Shown: positions 40,627 to 53,955, counted from the stretch's first letter. The stretch: 64,000 bases of DNA from Octopus vulgaris (GCA_951406725.2 OX597814.1:213466001-213530000); one strand, 5' to 3'. Notes: generated from the sequence alone by a model not told the origin. Program-made: numbers and translations.

Positions 40627-41500
40627 TCAGTCATTGTCCAGTTTTATTTCAAGATTTATTACCAATAGAGAAAGAGCCTGTTTCTAACCTAGACCCAAGG
40701 CTCCTTCATTGGAATTGCAGCATCAACAACAAGGTATTTTTGTTTGTATGTATGTATGCATGTATGTATGTATGTATGTATGTATGTATGTATGTATGTA
40801 TGTATGTATGTATGTATGTGTGTGTGTATGTATGTATGTATGTATGTGTGTATGTATGTATGTATGTATGTATGTATGTATGTATGTATGTATGTATGTA
40901 TGTATGTATGTATGCATGTATGTATGTGTTTGTATGTATGTATGTATGTATGTGTGTATGTATGTATGTATGTATGTATGTATGTATGTATGTATGTATG
41001 TATGTATGTATGTATGTATGTATGTATGTATGTATGTATGTATGTATGTATGTATGTATGTATGTATGTGTGCAGATTTGTATGTTTTGCTTTATGTATG
41101 TATTTTCATGTATATAGGTGCATATTTAGAGATGCTCATATATATTTAAATGATACATTTCTGGAATGTTTTACAGATTTTTACATTCCAGTGATGGATT
41201 GGATCTGTAGTCTTCGAATTAGCTTTCTCCTTTCTGGTTTTGAGAAGCCTAATTTCTCAAGATTGGTATTTGGGCAGTGTGTTACATATCTCAGGGACCC
41301 AATAATTACAGGTATAAACCTGAACTTGTAATCTGGATAGAGTAACTGCCGATTTCTCAATAGATCAGCGTAGGTATTCTCTTTTTCACTGAACTGCTGC
41401 TTCATATTAGCATCCTCTGAGCAGTTAATTTCCACGACTTTACACAGTTTCTCTTCTCCATCCCAAATCATTATATCAGGTCTGTTGTGGCTGCATTTTA
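40627..41500 (-). mobile_element. RLE LINE 3' end, (CATA)n-associated lineage, with internal (CATA)n expansion
   Basis: KCSHNRPDIMIWDGEEKLCKVVEINC...FIPVIIGSL; probable 3' UTR interrupted by (TATG)n at 40746-41070 and ending TGA|CATACAT. Confidence 0.8.
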
Positions 41501-41512
41501 TTGAGGTCTATG

Positions 41513-41543
<31 letters not shown>

Positions 41544-41582
41544 GTATGTATATGTGTGTATGTATGTATGTATGTAAGTATG

Positions 41583-41616
<34 letters not shown>

Positions 41617-41662
41617 TGTATGTATGTATGTATGTATGTATGTATGTATATGTGCATGTATG

Positions 41663-41882
41663 TCACTTCTATTTTTTAATTATTATAAATCTTCCACTGA
41701 TGAGGGAGGCGGTTCCCAACAAAGATACAAGACTCCATCTTTGGGATGTAGTTAACAAAAACAAATTCACATTTGGAACTTGAGAAAAGTCTTGCATATT
41801 TTTTTGATCCACTCATAGATTGCACTTGTAATGTACGAATTAGCTGGCCGATTTCTCTTTCTGAAAATCCCAGTTTATCGAG
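41663..41882 (-). mobile_element. RLE LINE extreme 3' end, (CATA)n-associated lineage
   Basis: LDKLGFSEREIGQLIRTLQVQSMSG, paralogous to LEKLGFSKPERRKLIRRLQIQSITG; ends TGA|CATACAT; (TATG)n on both sides. Confidence 0.8.
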
Positions 41883-42366
41883 TATGCATGTATGTATGCA
41901 TGTATGTATGCATGTATGTATGTATGTATGTATGTAGTATGTATGTATGTATGTATGTATGTATGTATGTATGTATGTATGTATGTATGTATGTGCATGC
42001 ATGTATGTGCATGCATCTGTGTATGTATGGTTTCTAACATGTTTTTGGTCTTCGCTATGTAGTATAATTCCTTCTGAAAATCTATTTACATTAGTAACGG
42101 GTCTCAACTTTCATAACAATTTGGGTGTATCCTTTCCTCTTAGTTTACCGCTGTTGTTCCTGCTTTTAGTACTGAGGGAGTCGACTACGACAGTAGAAGC
42201 TGAGGCGGTGATGTCTTTCGACGCAGTGAGAGCTGATCTATCCATCATGTGGGGGTTATGTTGTTATTAACTACTTGAGGTATTTATTCCAGTCTTCTTC
42301 CATTCCAACCATTTCAAGTTATACACACACACACACACACACACACATGTATGTATGTATATAAAT

Positions 42367-42423
<57 letters not shown>

Positions 42424-43103
42424 ATCTATTTTATAACGCATAAAATTCAGAAGACTTATCATGAAAGAACACGGCAATGCAAGAACAAATCGTCATATTC
42501 ATAATACAAAGTTTCGTTTGCCAGCTTCCTTATTTTTATGAGAATATGTACTTATGTTAATGTAATACTTTTCAATACAAGAAGTAATTTTTAATGGAAA
42601 GGTTATTTTTTTTATTGGGTATTTTTTTATATAATTTCTGTTTATGCTATGTTATATTTATTCCAGAAACATTCTAAACTATTAATAATGTTTTATAATG
42701 TTGCTCATAGCAACAGATTCATATAAAGATTTTAGTTCTTTTTGTTATGGAAACCTAACTGCAGCAGATTTACTTTCGTTAATCAACAGAATTTCAAATC
42801 TCACACGTCAAATAAAACACATGACGTCCAAAGACATGACTTTGAAAGCCTCGATGAAGCCACAATGGTAATACGCACAACATTATTGCCACGATGATGA
42901 TCTTGACTATAACCATTGTCGTCGTTGTCCTCATCAACATCGTACGTATAAGACAATAAAGCAAAGTTGATATTAACTCGTTCTTTTTAATATGACTTCT
43001 GTCATCGTTCGCATTAGGTCACGTATAGAACTAGTTTCTACATCCCAAAGAAAGAAAGAAAGAAAGAAAAAAAGAAAGAAGGAATGAAAGAAAGAAAGAA
43101 AAG

Positions 43104-43134
<31 letters not shown>

Positions 43135-43189
43135 GAAATATTAAAATTACTAAGTCTCTCTAAAAGAGATTACGGCAGCGTTACTGGAA

Positions 43190-43417
43190 ATTAATTGTTA
43201 TCGCCATATTAATATGGCAGTCTTATAGATATAAGACTAAAAGCTGTCGCTGATTAGCTCCATGAGGCTATCGCCTTAAGATAGCTATTTGACACACAAA
43301 CTGTGTCCATTATAACCTTCGAACAAGGGAGGTCAGCCGCTTCACATGGAGCTAATCAGCGACAGCTTTTAGTCTTATATCTATAAGACTGCCATATTAA
43401 TATGGCGATAACAATTA

Positions 43418-43419
<2 letters not shown>
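43190..43419. repeat. Perfect inverted repeat, 75-bp arms, 80-bp spacer
   Basis: 43190-43264 is the reverse complement of 43345-43419; the block lies between (TA)n tracts. Confidence 0.95.
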
Positions 43420-43495
<76 letters not shown>

Positions 43496-44123
43496 TACGG
43501 GATCTATAATAATTTTTCGGCTCTAAATTTATGAACTATTCGTATTCATTCTGAGCTAGTAGATCAACACCGTTAGCACTTGGTAATTTTCTTTGTGTGC
43601 ACCAAATATATATTTGGTGCACACAATTGACATGGTGCTTATATTTACAAGTCAAAGGCATGCAATATAAAAAAAGCAATGTCATTTGAATTAATACAAT
43701 CGCCTGATAGGAAAGACATCTACAATAAAATGAAACGCATGTATGTCCAATAATATTACCACTATGTTTTTTATTAAACCTTTCTCTTATTTAAGTTAGT
43801 TGTATCAATCAAGGGGAAATCGATTGATATATTTTTCGAGTTGAGCTAGAAATATAACACTTACACACACTCACGCAGACACACATACAGATATGCATAT
43901 ATATATATATATATATATAAAATCGATGAATAGCCTTCGCGTAAACCACTGGTTCGTTTTGTTCTCTTACTTTATTATCATCTTATAGTCATCTCATAAT
44001 AGTGACCTTTATGTCTCGTATTACTACCTGAGTCAATCTAAATGTATATATTTGTCACTACCTTTCATAAATAGCCTTTTTCTATTTGCAATATGCATTT
44101 TCGTTGAATTTCATATTTTACCC

Positions 44124-44163
<40 letters not shown>

Positions 44164-44944
44164 TAGAGATAAAACCACTATTATGCAACTCAAACAGTGA
44201 TGGACATAAAACAAAAAATAAATAACAAATAATATATATTTTTATAAAACATATAACTTATAACTAGATCTCAAAAAGTATAAAATTGAATGATCAATAT
44301 ATAATATAATAAGTAAAAAAAACTACAATTAAATTCGAATTACAATTCAATTGAAATAAATTCAATCTTCCGGTTAATGATAATAGTTAAATACATAAGC
44401 AAATAGAGTTAAACAATATTTACTTAGAAAATAAATAAAATAAGATTTTTTCTTATAGAAAAAAAATTTCATTAACTAAATTAGAAACTTAAAACATTAG
44501 GATTATTTCCTACAACACCTTTATTATGTTAAATATTTAATCTTTATGTTAAAACAATAGATAGAAATATGTATTTATCTTTGAAGATATAATTTGACTT
44601 TAAAAAGCATAATAAATTATCAAATATCTTTAACTCACTTATACTCCAATATTTAATTACCACATTATTTAACAAAATAATAACTATTAATATTTTTAGA
44701 TTTAAGTTCACATCTAATAATTATAAAATAATAAATACATTAAAATAAGTATCTAAATTATAATCAACAAATATAGAAATTAAAAATCTAAAATTTTCTC
44801 TATCAATAAATATATAAACATACAACAAAAAGTAAATGAATTAGTCCATAATTACTTACATAAATATTATAAATATCTATAGAATATATTTATGAAATCC
44901 ATAAATTTCATAAATATATTCAGCAACAGGAAAAACCCTCGAAA

Positions 44945-46075
44945 AGACATGAGAACGCATTTTACGTTGATAATCAGCCCAAAGCCTTGTGGCCCTTTGT
45001 TCAACAGTCTCTAAAGCACGGCTATTTGAAGTAAAGGCAGCATCGCGAGCACGCCGGAGTTCTGCTTGTTGAGCTGTCGTTGATGCTCTGGTGACTGCGC
45101 AGAAGCAACATTCCGAGCATGCCAGAGTTCTTCTTGTTGAGTAGTCTGTGATGCTCTGGTGACTGCAGCAGAAGCAGCAATGGGAGCACGCCGAATCACA
45201 CATTGGTCCTCTGTCTCGCTTGCCCGCAAGGAACGCAAAACGGAAGAATTTTTTGTTTCTCTGCCAATGTGACTCTTGCCTTTTCTAGGCATCCTATCGA
45301 AAATCTGTAATTGATTGCAAACCGGAAAATTTGCAATATCAGTCAACATCGGCAATATGCGATGTTGACTGATAAAGAAGAAAAACTTGTGGATGAATAA
45401 GCTACCCGAACCGACCAAATAGAGATTTTCTTAAGAATGTAACCGGTGAATTTGATCTGTAAAATTCGTAAAAATGATAAGAAGAATTTGCCAAAATATC
45501 GTTCAATTATGTTTATTGATAAAAAAATAATAACTCATAATTTGATATGTTGATACTAATATTCCTTCTTCATGAAATGGAATTAAAGAATAAATAATGA
45601 GGATGTTCATGTCAAATCAAGTGAGTCACGCAAAAGTCGAAAAATACCGCTCATTTTTTGTCTTATATAAGAAACTGTTCGCGAAATTTTTAGGTATTTG
45701 TCACCCAAATTTCCAAGTTGAAATTCAATCAATTTGTGATTTTCTACTGTCAACTGAATTTTGCCGTGAGAAAATATTCACAGAGTTGATTGATCGCTAA
45801 TTAGTGCCATTTATTCGTTAAAGTTACTGTTTTATTTCATTCTTACTTATTCAAAATAATTACCTTGTCTTCTTACTCTTTTGTGTCAGCTTATTCATTA
45901 AACACAGAATGAAATGCCTGCATGCACGCGTTCGATTACCGTTCATTCTAGAATGATATCGATTTTTACTGCAATCACATATGTTCTTTCGTGATATTTA
46001 GCGTAATCAGTTGAAAAGTTCAGCTGTTATAATCTTTTACACACACACATAGACAGAACAGAATTTATATAATAG
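44945..46075 (-). mobile_element. Helitron 5' fragment with decayed RepHel N-terminus
   Basis: MPRKGKSHIGRETKN...RASETEDQ...RALETVEQRATRL, the repetitive R/A/E/T N-terminus typical of RepHel; 5'-end-like tattatataaattctg...gtgtgtgt near 46075. Confidence 0.6.
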
Positions 46076-46109
46076 TTATATGTAATATATGTATGGATTT
46101 ATGTATGTA

Positions 46110-46326
46110 TGTACAAATGTGACCGCGTGTGTACCGTTGGCGATCTTTTTCCTTCGTCTTCCCTTCTTTGGCTCTTTCCTTTTCCTATGTTTCCGACGAA
46201 GAGCTCCGCACGAAACGTTAAACCCTCCTTCTTTCCTTCTTTCCTCAGCGTCCAATAATACTATATTTGTTCCACGTCCTCGCGTTGTAGTGCTTTCTCT
46301 TTGTGTTTTCATGTTTGGATTAACTT
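46110..46326 (+). mobile_element. Penelope-like terminal repeat fragment
   Basis: ccgacgaagagctccgcacgaaacgtta, the same motif class as 3154 and 5851 in the opposite orientation. Confidence 0.5.
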
Positions 46327-46739
46327 TATGTACATATATATCTGTATATTCATGTATGCATGTATGTATGTATGCATACACGTATGAATACACGTGTGTA
46401 TATATGTATACAAGTATGTATGCATGTATTTGTAGCATATAACCTTTGGCACCAGTTTTATTGAGGTTAACATGAAGCTAACTACTGTAACACATCAAGT
46501 CAAGTACCAATTTATCTAAATTTATCGTCTATTTCTCATAATAGCATAATTTAAAGAATTAAAATACCGTGACGTTTAACTTTGTCCCATAGTTGTCAGA
46601 TACATATTCTAATGTAAATTAAAAATTCATCTCAGTCTCACCATAGAGTTCATTGACTTTATCTAGTATGGATCTCACTTGTTACTTATTTAGGTTCAAC
46701 GCTAGATATAATAATAACCCATTCTACTATAAGTACAAG

Positions 46740-46950
46740 ATTTGAAAATTGTCGACGAGGTACGGGATGAGGAGAGGGGGGTTAGTCGATTTCATAGAAC
46801 CCGGTGTTCAACTGGTAGGTATTTGATCGGACCCGAAAGGATGAAAGGCAAAGTCGACACCGTTGGAATTTTAACTCAGAACACAAAACCGGAGAAATGC
46901 CGCCAAGCATTTTGTTCGGTGACCTAACGATTCTGTCAGCTCGCAGCCGT
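46740..46950 (-). mobile_element. SINE family A, diverged
   Basis: cccgaaaggatgaaaggcaaagtcgac core plus head. Confidence 0.75.
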
Positions 46951-47222
46951 CTAGAAGAAGAAGAAGAAGAAGAAGACGAAGAAGACGAAGAAGACGAAGA
47001 AGAAGAACAAGAAGAAGACGACGACGAAGAAGAAGACGAAGACGAAGAAGAAGAAGACGAAGAAGAAGAAAACGAAGAAGAAGAACAAGAAGAAGACGAC
47101 GACGAAGAAGATGAAGAAGAAGAAGACGACGACGAAGAAAAAGAAGTCGAAGAAGATGAAGCAGAAGAAGAAGAAGACGAAGAAGAAGAAGTGAAGACGA
47201 AGATGACGAAGAAGAAGAAGAA
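46951..47222. repeat. (GAA/GAC)n trinucleotide repeat
   Basis: Compound gaa/gac array. Confidence 0.95.
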
Positions 47223-47224
47223 TG

Positions 47225-47740
47225 ATTTCATTTATTTGCCACAAGGGCGAAGGATGAGGGGGACAATATAGAGACAGACATAAAATGTTGGGGTTTACAT
47301 ATAATAATGAAATGATAAAAAAAAGTAAATATACACGGTATACTCTGCAAAAGAAGGAACGTATGCATATCATACAAAGGTAAAAGAAAAAGGGGCAGGG
47401 AGGATGATAGAGAGGTGGCCATCCTGATGCAGGAACGTCTCTAGGAATAATCGAGGAACCCCAGTGTCCGAGATTTCCCGGAAACTCAAGGAGCATGTGC
47501 TCTCTTTAGTTCCTTCTCTCCGACTCACAGGTCTACACTTAGAGAGGTACCAGCCACTCTTGCTATCTTCGCAACTTTCCCACACCTTCAATAAATTCAC
47601 TCGAGTACAGTACATCTCTCTCCACTCTCAATTTCCACTTCAAGCGAAACTTGTAAAAGTCAATGAGAGCTCTACCAAAGTGGAATATATTTGCCCAAAT
47701 GCCTTTCAGCCTTGTACACCAAACAACCTCTTTCACCACA
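47225..47740 (-). mobile_element. Tx1/L1-like LINE 3' end (ORF2 C-terminus and 3' UTR)
   Basis: VVKEVVWCTRLKG...LIDFYKFRLKWKLRVERDVL; pyrimidine-rich UTR ending gcccttgtggcaaataaatgaaat. Confidence 0.55.
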
Positions 47741-47890
47741 CCCTAGTGCGTAACTGGTACTTAATTTATCGACCTCGAAAGGATGAAAGTGAAGGTCGAC
47801 CTCAGCAGAATTTGAACTCAGAACGTAGCGACAGGTGAAATATCACTGAGCACGTCCAGCGCGTTAACGATTCTGCCAGCTCGCTGCCTT
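47741..47890 (-). mobile_element. SINE family A head and core fused to the Tx1-like fragment
   Basis: Head aaggcagcgagctggcagaatcgtta; core runs to cagttacgcactaggg, then LINE sequence. Confidence 0.8.
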
Positions 47891-47908
47891 TACAACAACA
47901 ACAACAAC

Positions 47909-47959
<51 letters not shown>

Positions 47960-50900
47960 TACTACCAACTAGACAGAAGGATATTGTAACTGAGATTCTT
48001 ATTGTTGGAAAAAATGTTAAAAAACGGAATCCTAAAAGTAAAATTTCTTGAGATTTGAGATTTGTTGTCATTAAACACCAGCTTTTCTCCAGTCTATATG
48101 TTCCACTCTCCTTTACCTCCTCTCTGGCCCTTTTCTACGATCTGATGAACAGCCATGCTCAAAACGTCCATTTTACCGCTATTTTACCGTCTAAAACTTT
48201 CACTGAGCGTCACTAAAATATATTCACTGTATACGTCTAATTGATTTATATTATATTTTCCTGATTTCTGTTTTAGATTCTCCTACACACTCACACACAC
48301 TCACACACACACGTACACACACAAACATACATATATACACATATATATGTATATGTGTGTGTATGTGTGCGTATGCATATACATATATGTTTATATAGCA
48401 AAAGAGAGAGACACACACACATACACACATACACACACATACTCACATACAAACACCCACGCACACAGACACTCACACACACATGTATATATTTTTTTCT
48501 TGCTTGAGTGAGTGCGTGTGGAATGACTATGGAATTTGTTTTGTACAAGACTTTTATACTTCAGTTTTATACGTCAATCATTCTTTGAGGGGTGGGGGAT
48601 ATCACATGAAAATTACATTATTTGTAGCTTTATCAATCGACATTTCCTTAAATGGTATTGCTCACGCTGAGATAAACTTAAAGGAACTAGAAGGGAATTG
48701 AATTAAATTCTTATTATAGGACCAAGAACTGACAAATCGCGAAGCCATCGTTAAACACGCTCGAATATGATAAAAGTTGCATATATGAAATAAGGAAGAT
48801 ATTCTAATAAATGTCAATAATCGTAAGTCACAGAGAAATGGATTTGATTCTATATTTCTCTGGGACCGATGATCCTTCAAGGATTTTGCTGAAATTTCGC
48901 CATTATTGGATATAGCCTTTCTGTTCTTTTTTTCGGGCTTCTTGATGAATTCTGACAAATTCATTCATCAGCTCTTCACATATGGTAAGGTATTTTGTGC
49001 GAAATAAATGTCATGGGAATATTCTTGTATCATGGTAATTGACTTGTGTCATAAATAATTCTTTTCAACAGTCATTGTGAACTTCTAAGACTATATAGTA
49101 CGCTGACGAAGATGGCATATTATAAATGTCATGTCATTATAAGATTTCTTATTTAAGATCTTTAAATTTTCTTATTGGAGACTTAATATTACTGACGTCG
49201 CCATTTCGTCAAGAAAATCAAGAATGTCACATTTTCAAATTCCTCAACAAAAGCTAAGCATAAGATATTTTTGGTTAGTTTGGTGAAATTAGTAAATAGC
49301 GTCATACTAAATTTAATTATCTGCCCCTTGGGCTGATGGAAAAAATAATGTCTTTTGTGTCTAAATATGTAACTATAATGACTTTTGTGTCTAAATATCC
49401 AAGTAGAATGTTAATTGCATTGATCTAAAAGGTGTTCGGAGTACCAGTGAAAACATTTGATACAAATCCTTCTTCACGGCGAAATAAGTAAAAAATTATA
49501 GACTTCCTTATCCTTCTTCAGACAAAGCTGATGGGAAGCGAGATATACCTTCATTCCACGAGAACATTAACAGAGGAAATAACGTACTTACAACATCCAT
49601 TTTAACTTGGTTCTTAAGTTTGTTCACCAAGTATTATTGGTCAACTGCATGTCGACCAAACGTGATAATATGTTTATATAGCGAGAGAGAGAGACACACA
49701 CACATACACATACACCCACGCACACAGACCTATGTCCAAATGCATTCTTTCATATTTCATTTCAGGCTAATATACCCTCTCTACTTTTAATACGGTAGGA
49801 CGTGATTTACGAAAGATTCTTTGGTGCTATTTCAGCAGTTAGAACTACAACGTTCAAATTTAGACATTGGCCCTTTAGGATTCACTCACTACGGTGCCTT
49901 CGCTTTCTTACTAATATCATCAATACAAAATACATGTAACCTAATTTCTCAACCAAAAGTTAGCATTAAATAAGAATACATATGACATACATTGCGAAGA
50001 AAATTATTTTCCGCCTCCTCAAAATTTAAAAGAAATGGAATCACCTAAGCATTAGCTTTATGATGTCAGATAGTAGTAGTAGTAGTTGTTGTTGTTGTTA
50101 CGTCCTGTGTTGCTGTTTATGCTTAATTTCAAGTTTGATAATTCCTATGATAAATGGCAATCTAATTGTGAGCTACATGTCTTTTTTTCTCCCCACCTCA
50201 TTGAAATATATAATACTTTGGGGATTTTAAGGAAAAATATAGTTTGTAATGTGATGCGTCTACCACGCAATAAGTTCTCGTACTTTCTAAAACAGTGAAG
50301 TTCACTCCGAGTAAGGTTTTGCTGTTATATAATCTTCATTTGCTGATTTTGCTGTCAGTGTCCCTAATGTTCGACGACTCAAAACATACACGCCATCTTG
50401 ATTTATATATAGAAATAAGTGTTTCAGCTTTAGACTTATTATTGACGAACGTTATTCTGAGATAAAGAAAAGTTAATCATGGTATGTTCAGAAGAACAGT
50501 GACTGTCACCTTGGATCGAGTCTACCTAGTTCGTCTCTGGAATCTACTAGTGTATTATGGTTAGTGGAGAGAATTCGGGAAATCCAAACCACTATATTTC
50601 ATCTCATACTAAATTGTGGAGTGCGGAGTGCCCGGTAAAGTAGAGGCATGATATATTGGAAGCAATATATGTGAGTCTCATTAATCATCCAGTTAAATAT
50701 TTATGTACCACAGCTAGATCATATGCTACCTCAGAACTGACTAAGGACCTCACAACAGAAATGGAATTAAGCGTAAAAGTTACATATAATACTTACATAA
50801 TACACATATTCACAGTTAAAATATCTTTAATAAGCTCTTAATTATCTGCGAAAGAAATGTATTGTATCAAACACGTTGAATAAAGAGCAGAAAATTTATT

Positions 50901-51592
50901 AAAAAGGAAAATATTTAATTTAAAAGTCAAGAGACAGCAAAAGTAAAATTATTGATATGGAAATATAAACTAGAAGTGAGATAATTAATTATGCTTAAAA
51001 AGACAATGAAGCAGTGAAAGAAAGAGATTGGCCGATAGATAGGTGGAGAGGGAGAGAGAGAGAGAGAGAGAGAGAGTAAACCGATAAATTAAGACACCTA
51101 ACAAAATTGAGTATAATTCAGTAATAATGGTGACAGGAATTAATTGTCTAGTTCCATTCATAATTGTTATACAGTAATTTATTATAATGTGCATTGTAAA
51201 GAATTTTTGTTAAGCATTAAAGCTTACAGTCTGTCTCAATGACAACATGAACTGCGTAGAAGTAAACTGAAATGCCGAGAAAATTGCTGACTTAGCTGTG
51301 AATTATGGAAGCTTAGTGATGTCTCCATTACCACGTTTATTACATTGGTGCAGAGGAAGCGATACTTAATCATTAATGCTAAAACAGTGACAGATTAGCT
51401 ATAATGTTAGATATAGGGGCATTTCAGAAATAGCTGTGTGAAGATGAGGTTGTTACAACATACTCGAAAAGCAATGTTTTAACGTTGAGCAATTAAATGC
51501 ATATTTTTCGATATGTATTTCATTCTTTTTGGAAAACAGAGAGGAATATGAATTAAAAGGATAATGATAATAATAATAATAGTAACAACAAC

Positions 51593-51629
<37 letters not shown>

Positions 51630-53185
51630 GGAATGCTTTCAGAAAGCATTTACGATCACCTTGACAACCAGAATTTACTACCAGAAGGACAAAAAGGTTC
51701 CAAGAAGAAGGCTAGAAGGGCGCAGTTCTAAATGAAGTAAAAGTTAGAAAGAAAAACCTAACGATAGTAAGGATAGAATATAGGAAAGTCTATGACACGA
51801 TCCCACACTCATGGATAAGTAAGTATATTCAGTCTGAGTATATTCAGCAAAGCAGACAAAAATAAGAGAATCAGCTTTAGCATGAAGAAATGGAAAGTAG
51901 ATCTCTTCTCAGGTGACACACACTTAAGGAAAGTTAATATCAAAAGAAGAATTTTCCAGGGGGATTCATTGTCCCCTTTCATATTTGTCTTATGTTTGAT
52001 CCCCCTCAGTTTAGTATTAAGGAAGGCAAAGGCAGGGTATCAGTTTAGAAATAGCAATGGAAAAATTAACCATTTGCTCTACACAAATGATCTGAAGTTT
52101 TTTAGTAAGAATGAAAGAGACAGATTCCTTAACACAGACTGTAAGGCTTTTCAACAAAGATATAGACATGAAATGTGACATAGATAAGTGTGCAATAAGT
52201 GTTAATATCGGTAGAAGACTACGTGGAGTTAGCTAGATTATACATAGACTCCTATATAGGAAATAGTGAAGTAAGTTTGTTAAAAGCTGCTAGAGTCACA
52301 GCAAGATGTAGGGAAACCAAAGGCTAAACGAATTTAAAAACCAGAAAACAAAACAGAAATTATCTGACTGGCAGGAGAATGCGTTGCATGGTTGATTCCC
52401 AAAGATAGTTGCAGCAAATAGTAGTAGTGAGACATGGTTATCGTTGCAGAAAAGAAAGCTGAAGAGGGGGACGGAAGATTTGTTAGTAGCTGCACAAGGT
52501 CAAGCATTAAGGACTAATTGGATAAAAGCCTAGATAGACAAATCCAAGTAGATTTCCAGTGTAGATTATGCAGATCAAAAGAGTAAAGCGTTAGTCATAT
52601 AGTAAAAGAATGTAGCATGCTGGCAGAGAAAGAATGCAAGAAAAGAATTGACAACCTAAGGAGAATAATCTAATGAGAGTTATGTAGAAAGCTAGGATTT
52701 GAACATACTAATGAATGGTATGAACATGAACCTAGTAAAGTGCTAGAAAGTAAGAAATACAAAATGTTGTGGGACCTTAACAATCAAACTGACAGAGTAA
52801 CAGAAGCTAGAATACCTTATTTCGTAGTGATAAATGAAGAGAACAGAAAATGCCAGATAATTGACTTTACGGTTCCAAATGATGAAAAAATCAGTATGAG
52901 AGGTGTAGAAAAAATAGCAAAGTACCAGAACCTAGCTATTGAATTACGGAGACTATGGAAAGTGCGGGTAAAATGTATCCCCGTAGTTATAGGTGCATTG
53001 GGAAGTATCCCCCAAACCTAAACAGATGGATAGAGGAAATAGGCATAAGCTCCAGAAAGCAGTGTTATTAGGGACAGCTAGGATACTTACGAGGGTTCTT
53101 AGCATCTAAGGTTACATGTCGTAGCCCAATGTTAGGATTATTTTTCTTTTCCAACAGTCTCATCTCTTGTGTGTATATGAAAATT
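51630..53185 (+). pseudogene. R4/Dong-like LINE, 5'-truncated and internally deleted, in (TAA)n
   Basis: IFQGDSLSPFIF, INHLLYTNDLK, CRLC...VSHIVKEC, IDFTVP, EKIAKY, IPVVIGALG, LLGTARIL; TAA tract 51560-51629 and GAT/AAT tract after 53185. Confidence 0.9.
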
Positions 53186-53280
53186 ATGATGATGATAATA
53201 ATAAAAATAGTGATAAGAAGAAGGAGGAGGAGGAGAATTACCTAAATAATAGGTTACATTAATATGTCAGTATTAATAAA

Positions 53281-53763
53281 CTGTCTACAGTCTATCTACC
53301 CTATGTGAAAGTCCTCTCCGAAAAGATACAAAAGATATGTGGCCCATATGATATCAGAACAGTATTCAAGAGTAATACAGCACTTCGCAAATATCTCCAT
53401 CGAGTAAAACACCCAATAGAAGAGAATATGGTCAAAAATTACGTTTAATCCATCCCATGCAGCTGTGGTAGGTTATACAAAGGCGAAACATGCCGCCCCC
53501 TCAAAATAAGGGTAGAGGAACATCGCAAAGCTGTGACAGGATGAAATATTGATAAATCGGGTATAGCTGATCATGTATGGAAAAATGAACACCACCTCCC
53601 CCTGTGGGATGAAGTTAATACAGATAACACCACTGGAAAATACGAAAACTAAAAGAAGCAGCATACATGCTAGGACACAAAAACCTCCTAAGCAGACTGT
53701 GTGCAGATATGAATAGCATATGGGAACCGGTATTAAAGAAGGATAGGAAAATATTAGATTTAT
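53281..53763 (+). pseudogene. Penelope-like element, GIY-YIG endonuclease fragment
   Basis: LPYVKVLSEKIQKIC...IRTVFKSNTALR...NYV*SIPCSCGRLYKGETCRPLKIRVEEHRK...KSGIADHVW...RKLKEA, with stops. Confidence 0.88.
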
Positions 53764-53924
53764 AAACCCTAAAAATTCACTCCATAATTGCCCATGGGCA
53801 AGTGACGTAGTGGTTAAAAGAGTGTGCTACTAACCCTAAGATTCTGAGTTCTATTATTATCACTATTATTACTATTGTTGTTATTATTATTATTATCATT
53901 ATTATTATTATTATTATTCATTGA

Positions 53925-53955
<31 letters not shown>

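Noticed and set aside
41696-41725. ctgatgaggga...ttccc hammerhead-like stem
   Set aside because: No GAAA box follows the stem.
46782-47496. Poly-Glu/Asp, poly-Ser and poly-Phe ORFs
   Set aside because: A (GAA/GAC)n tract between two retroelements; no splice or domain context.
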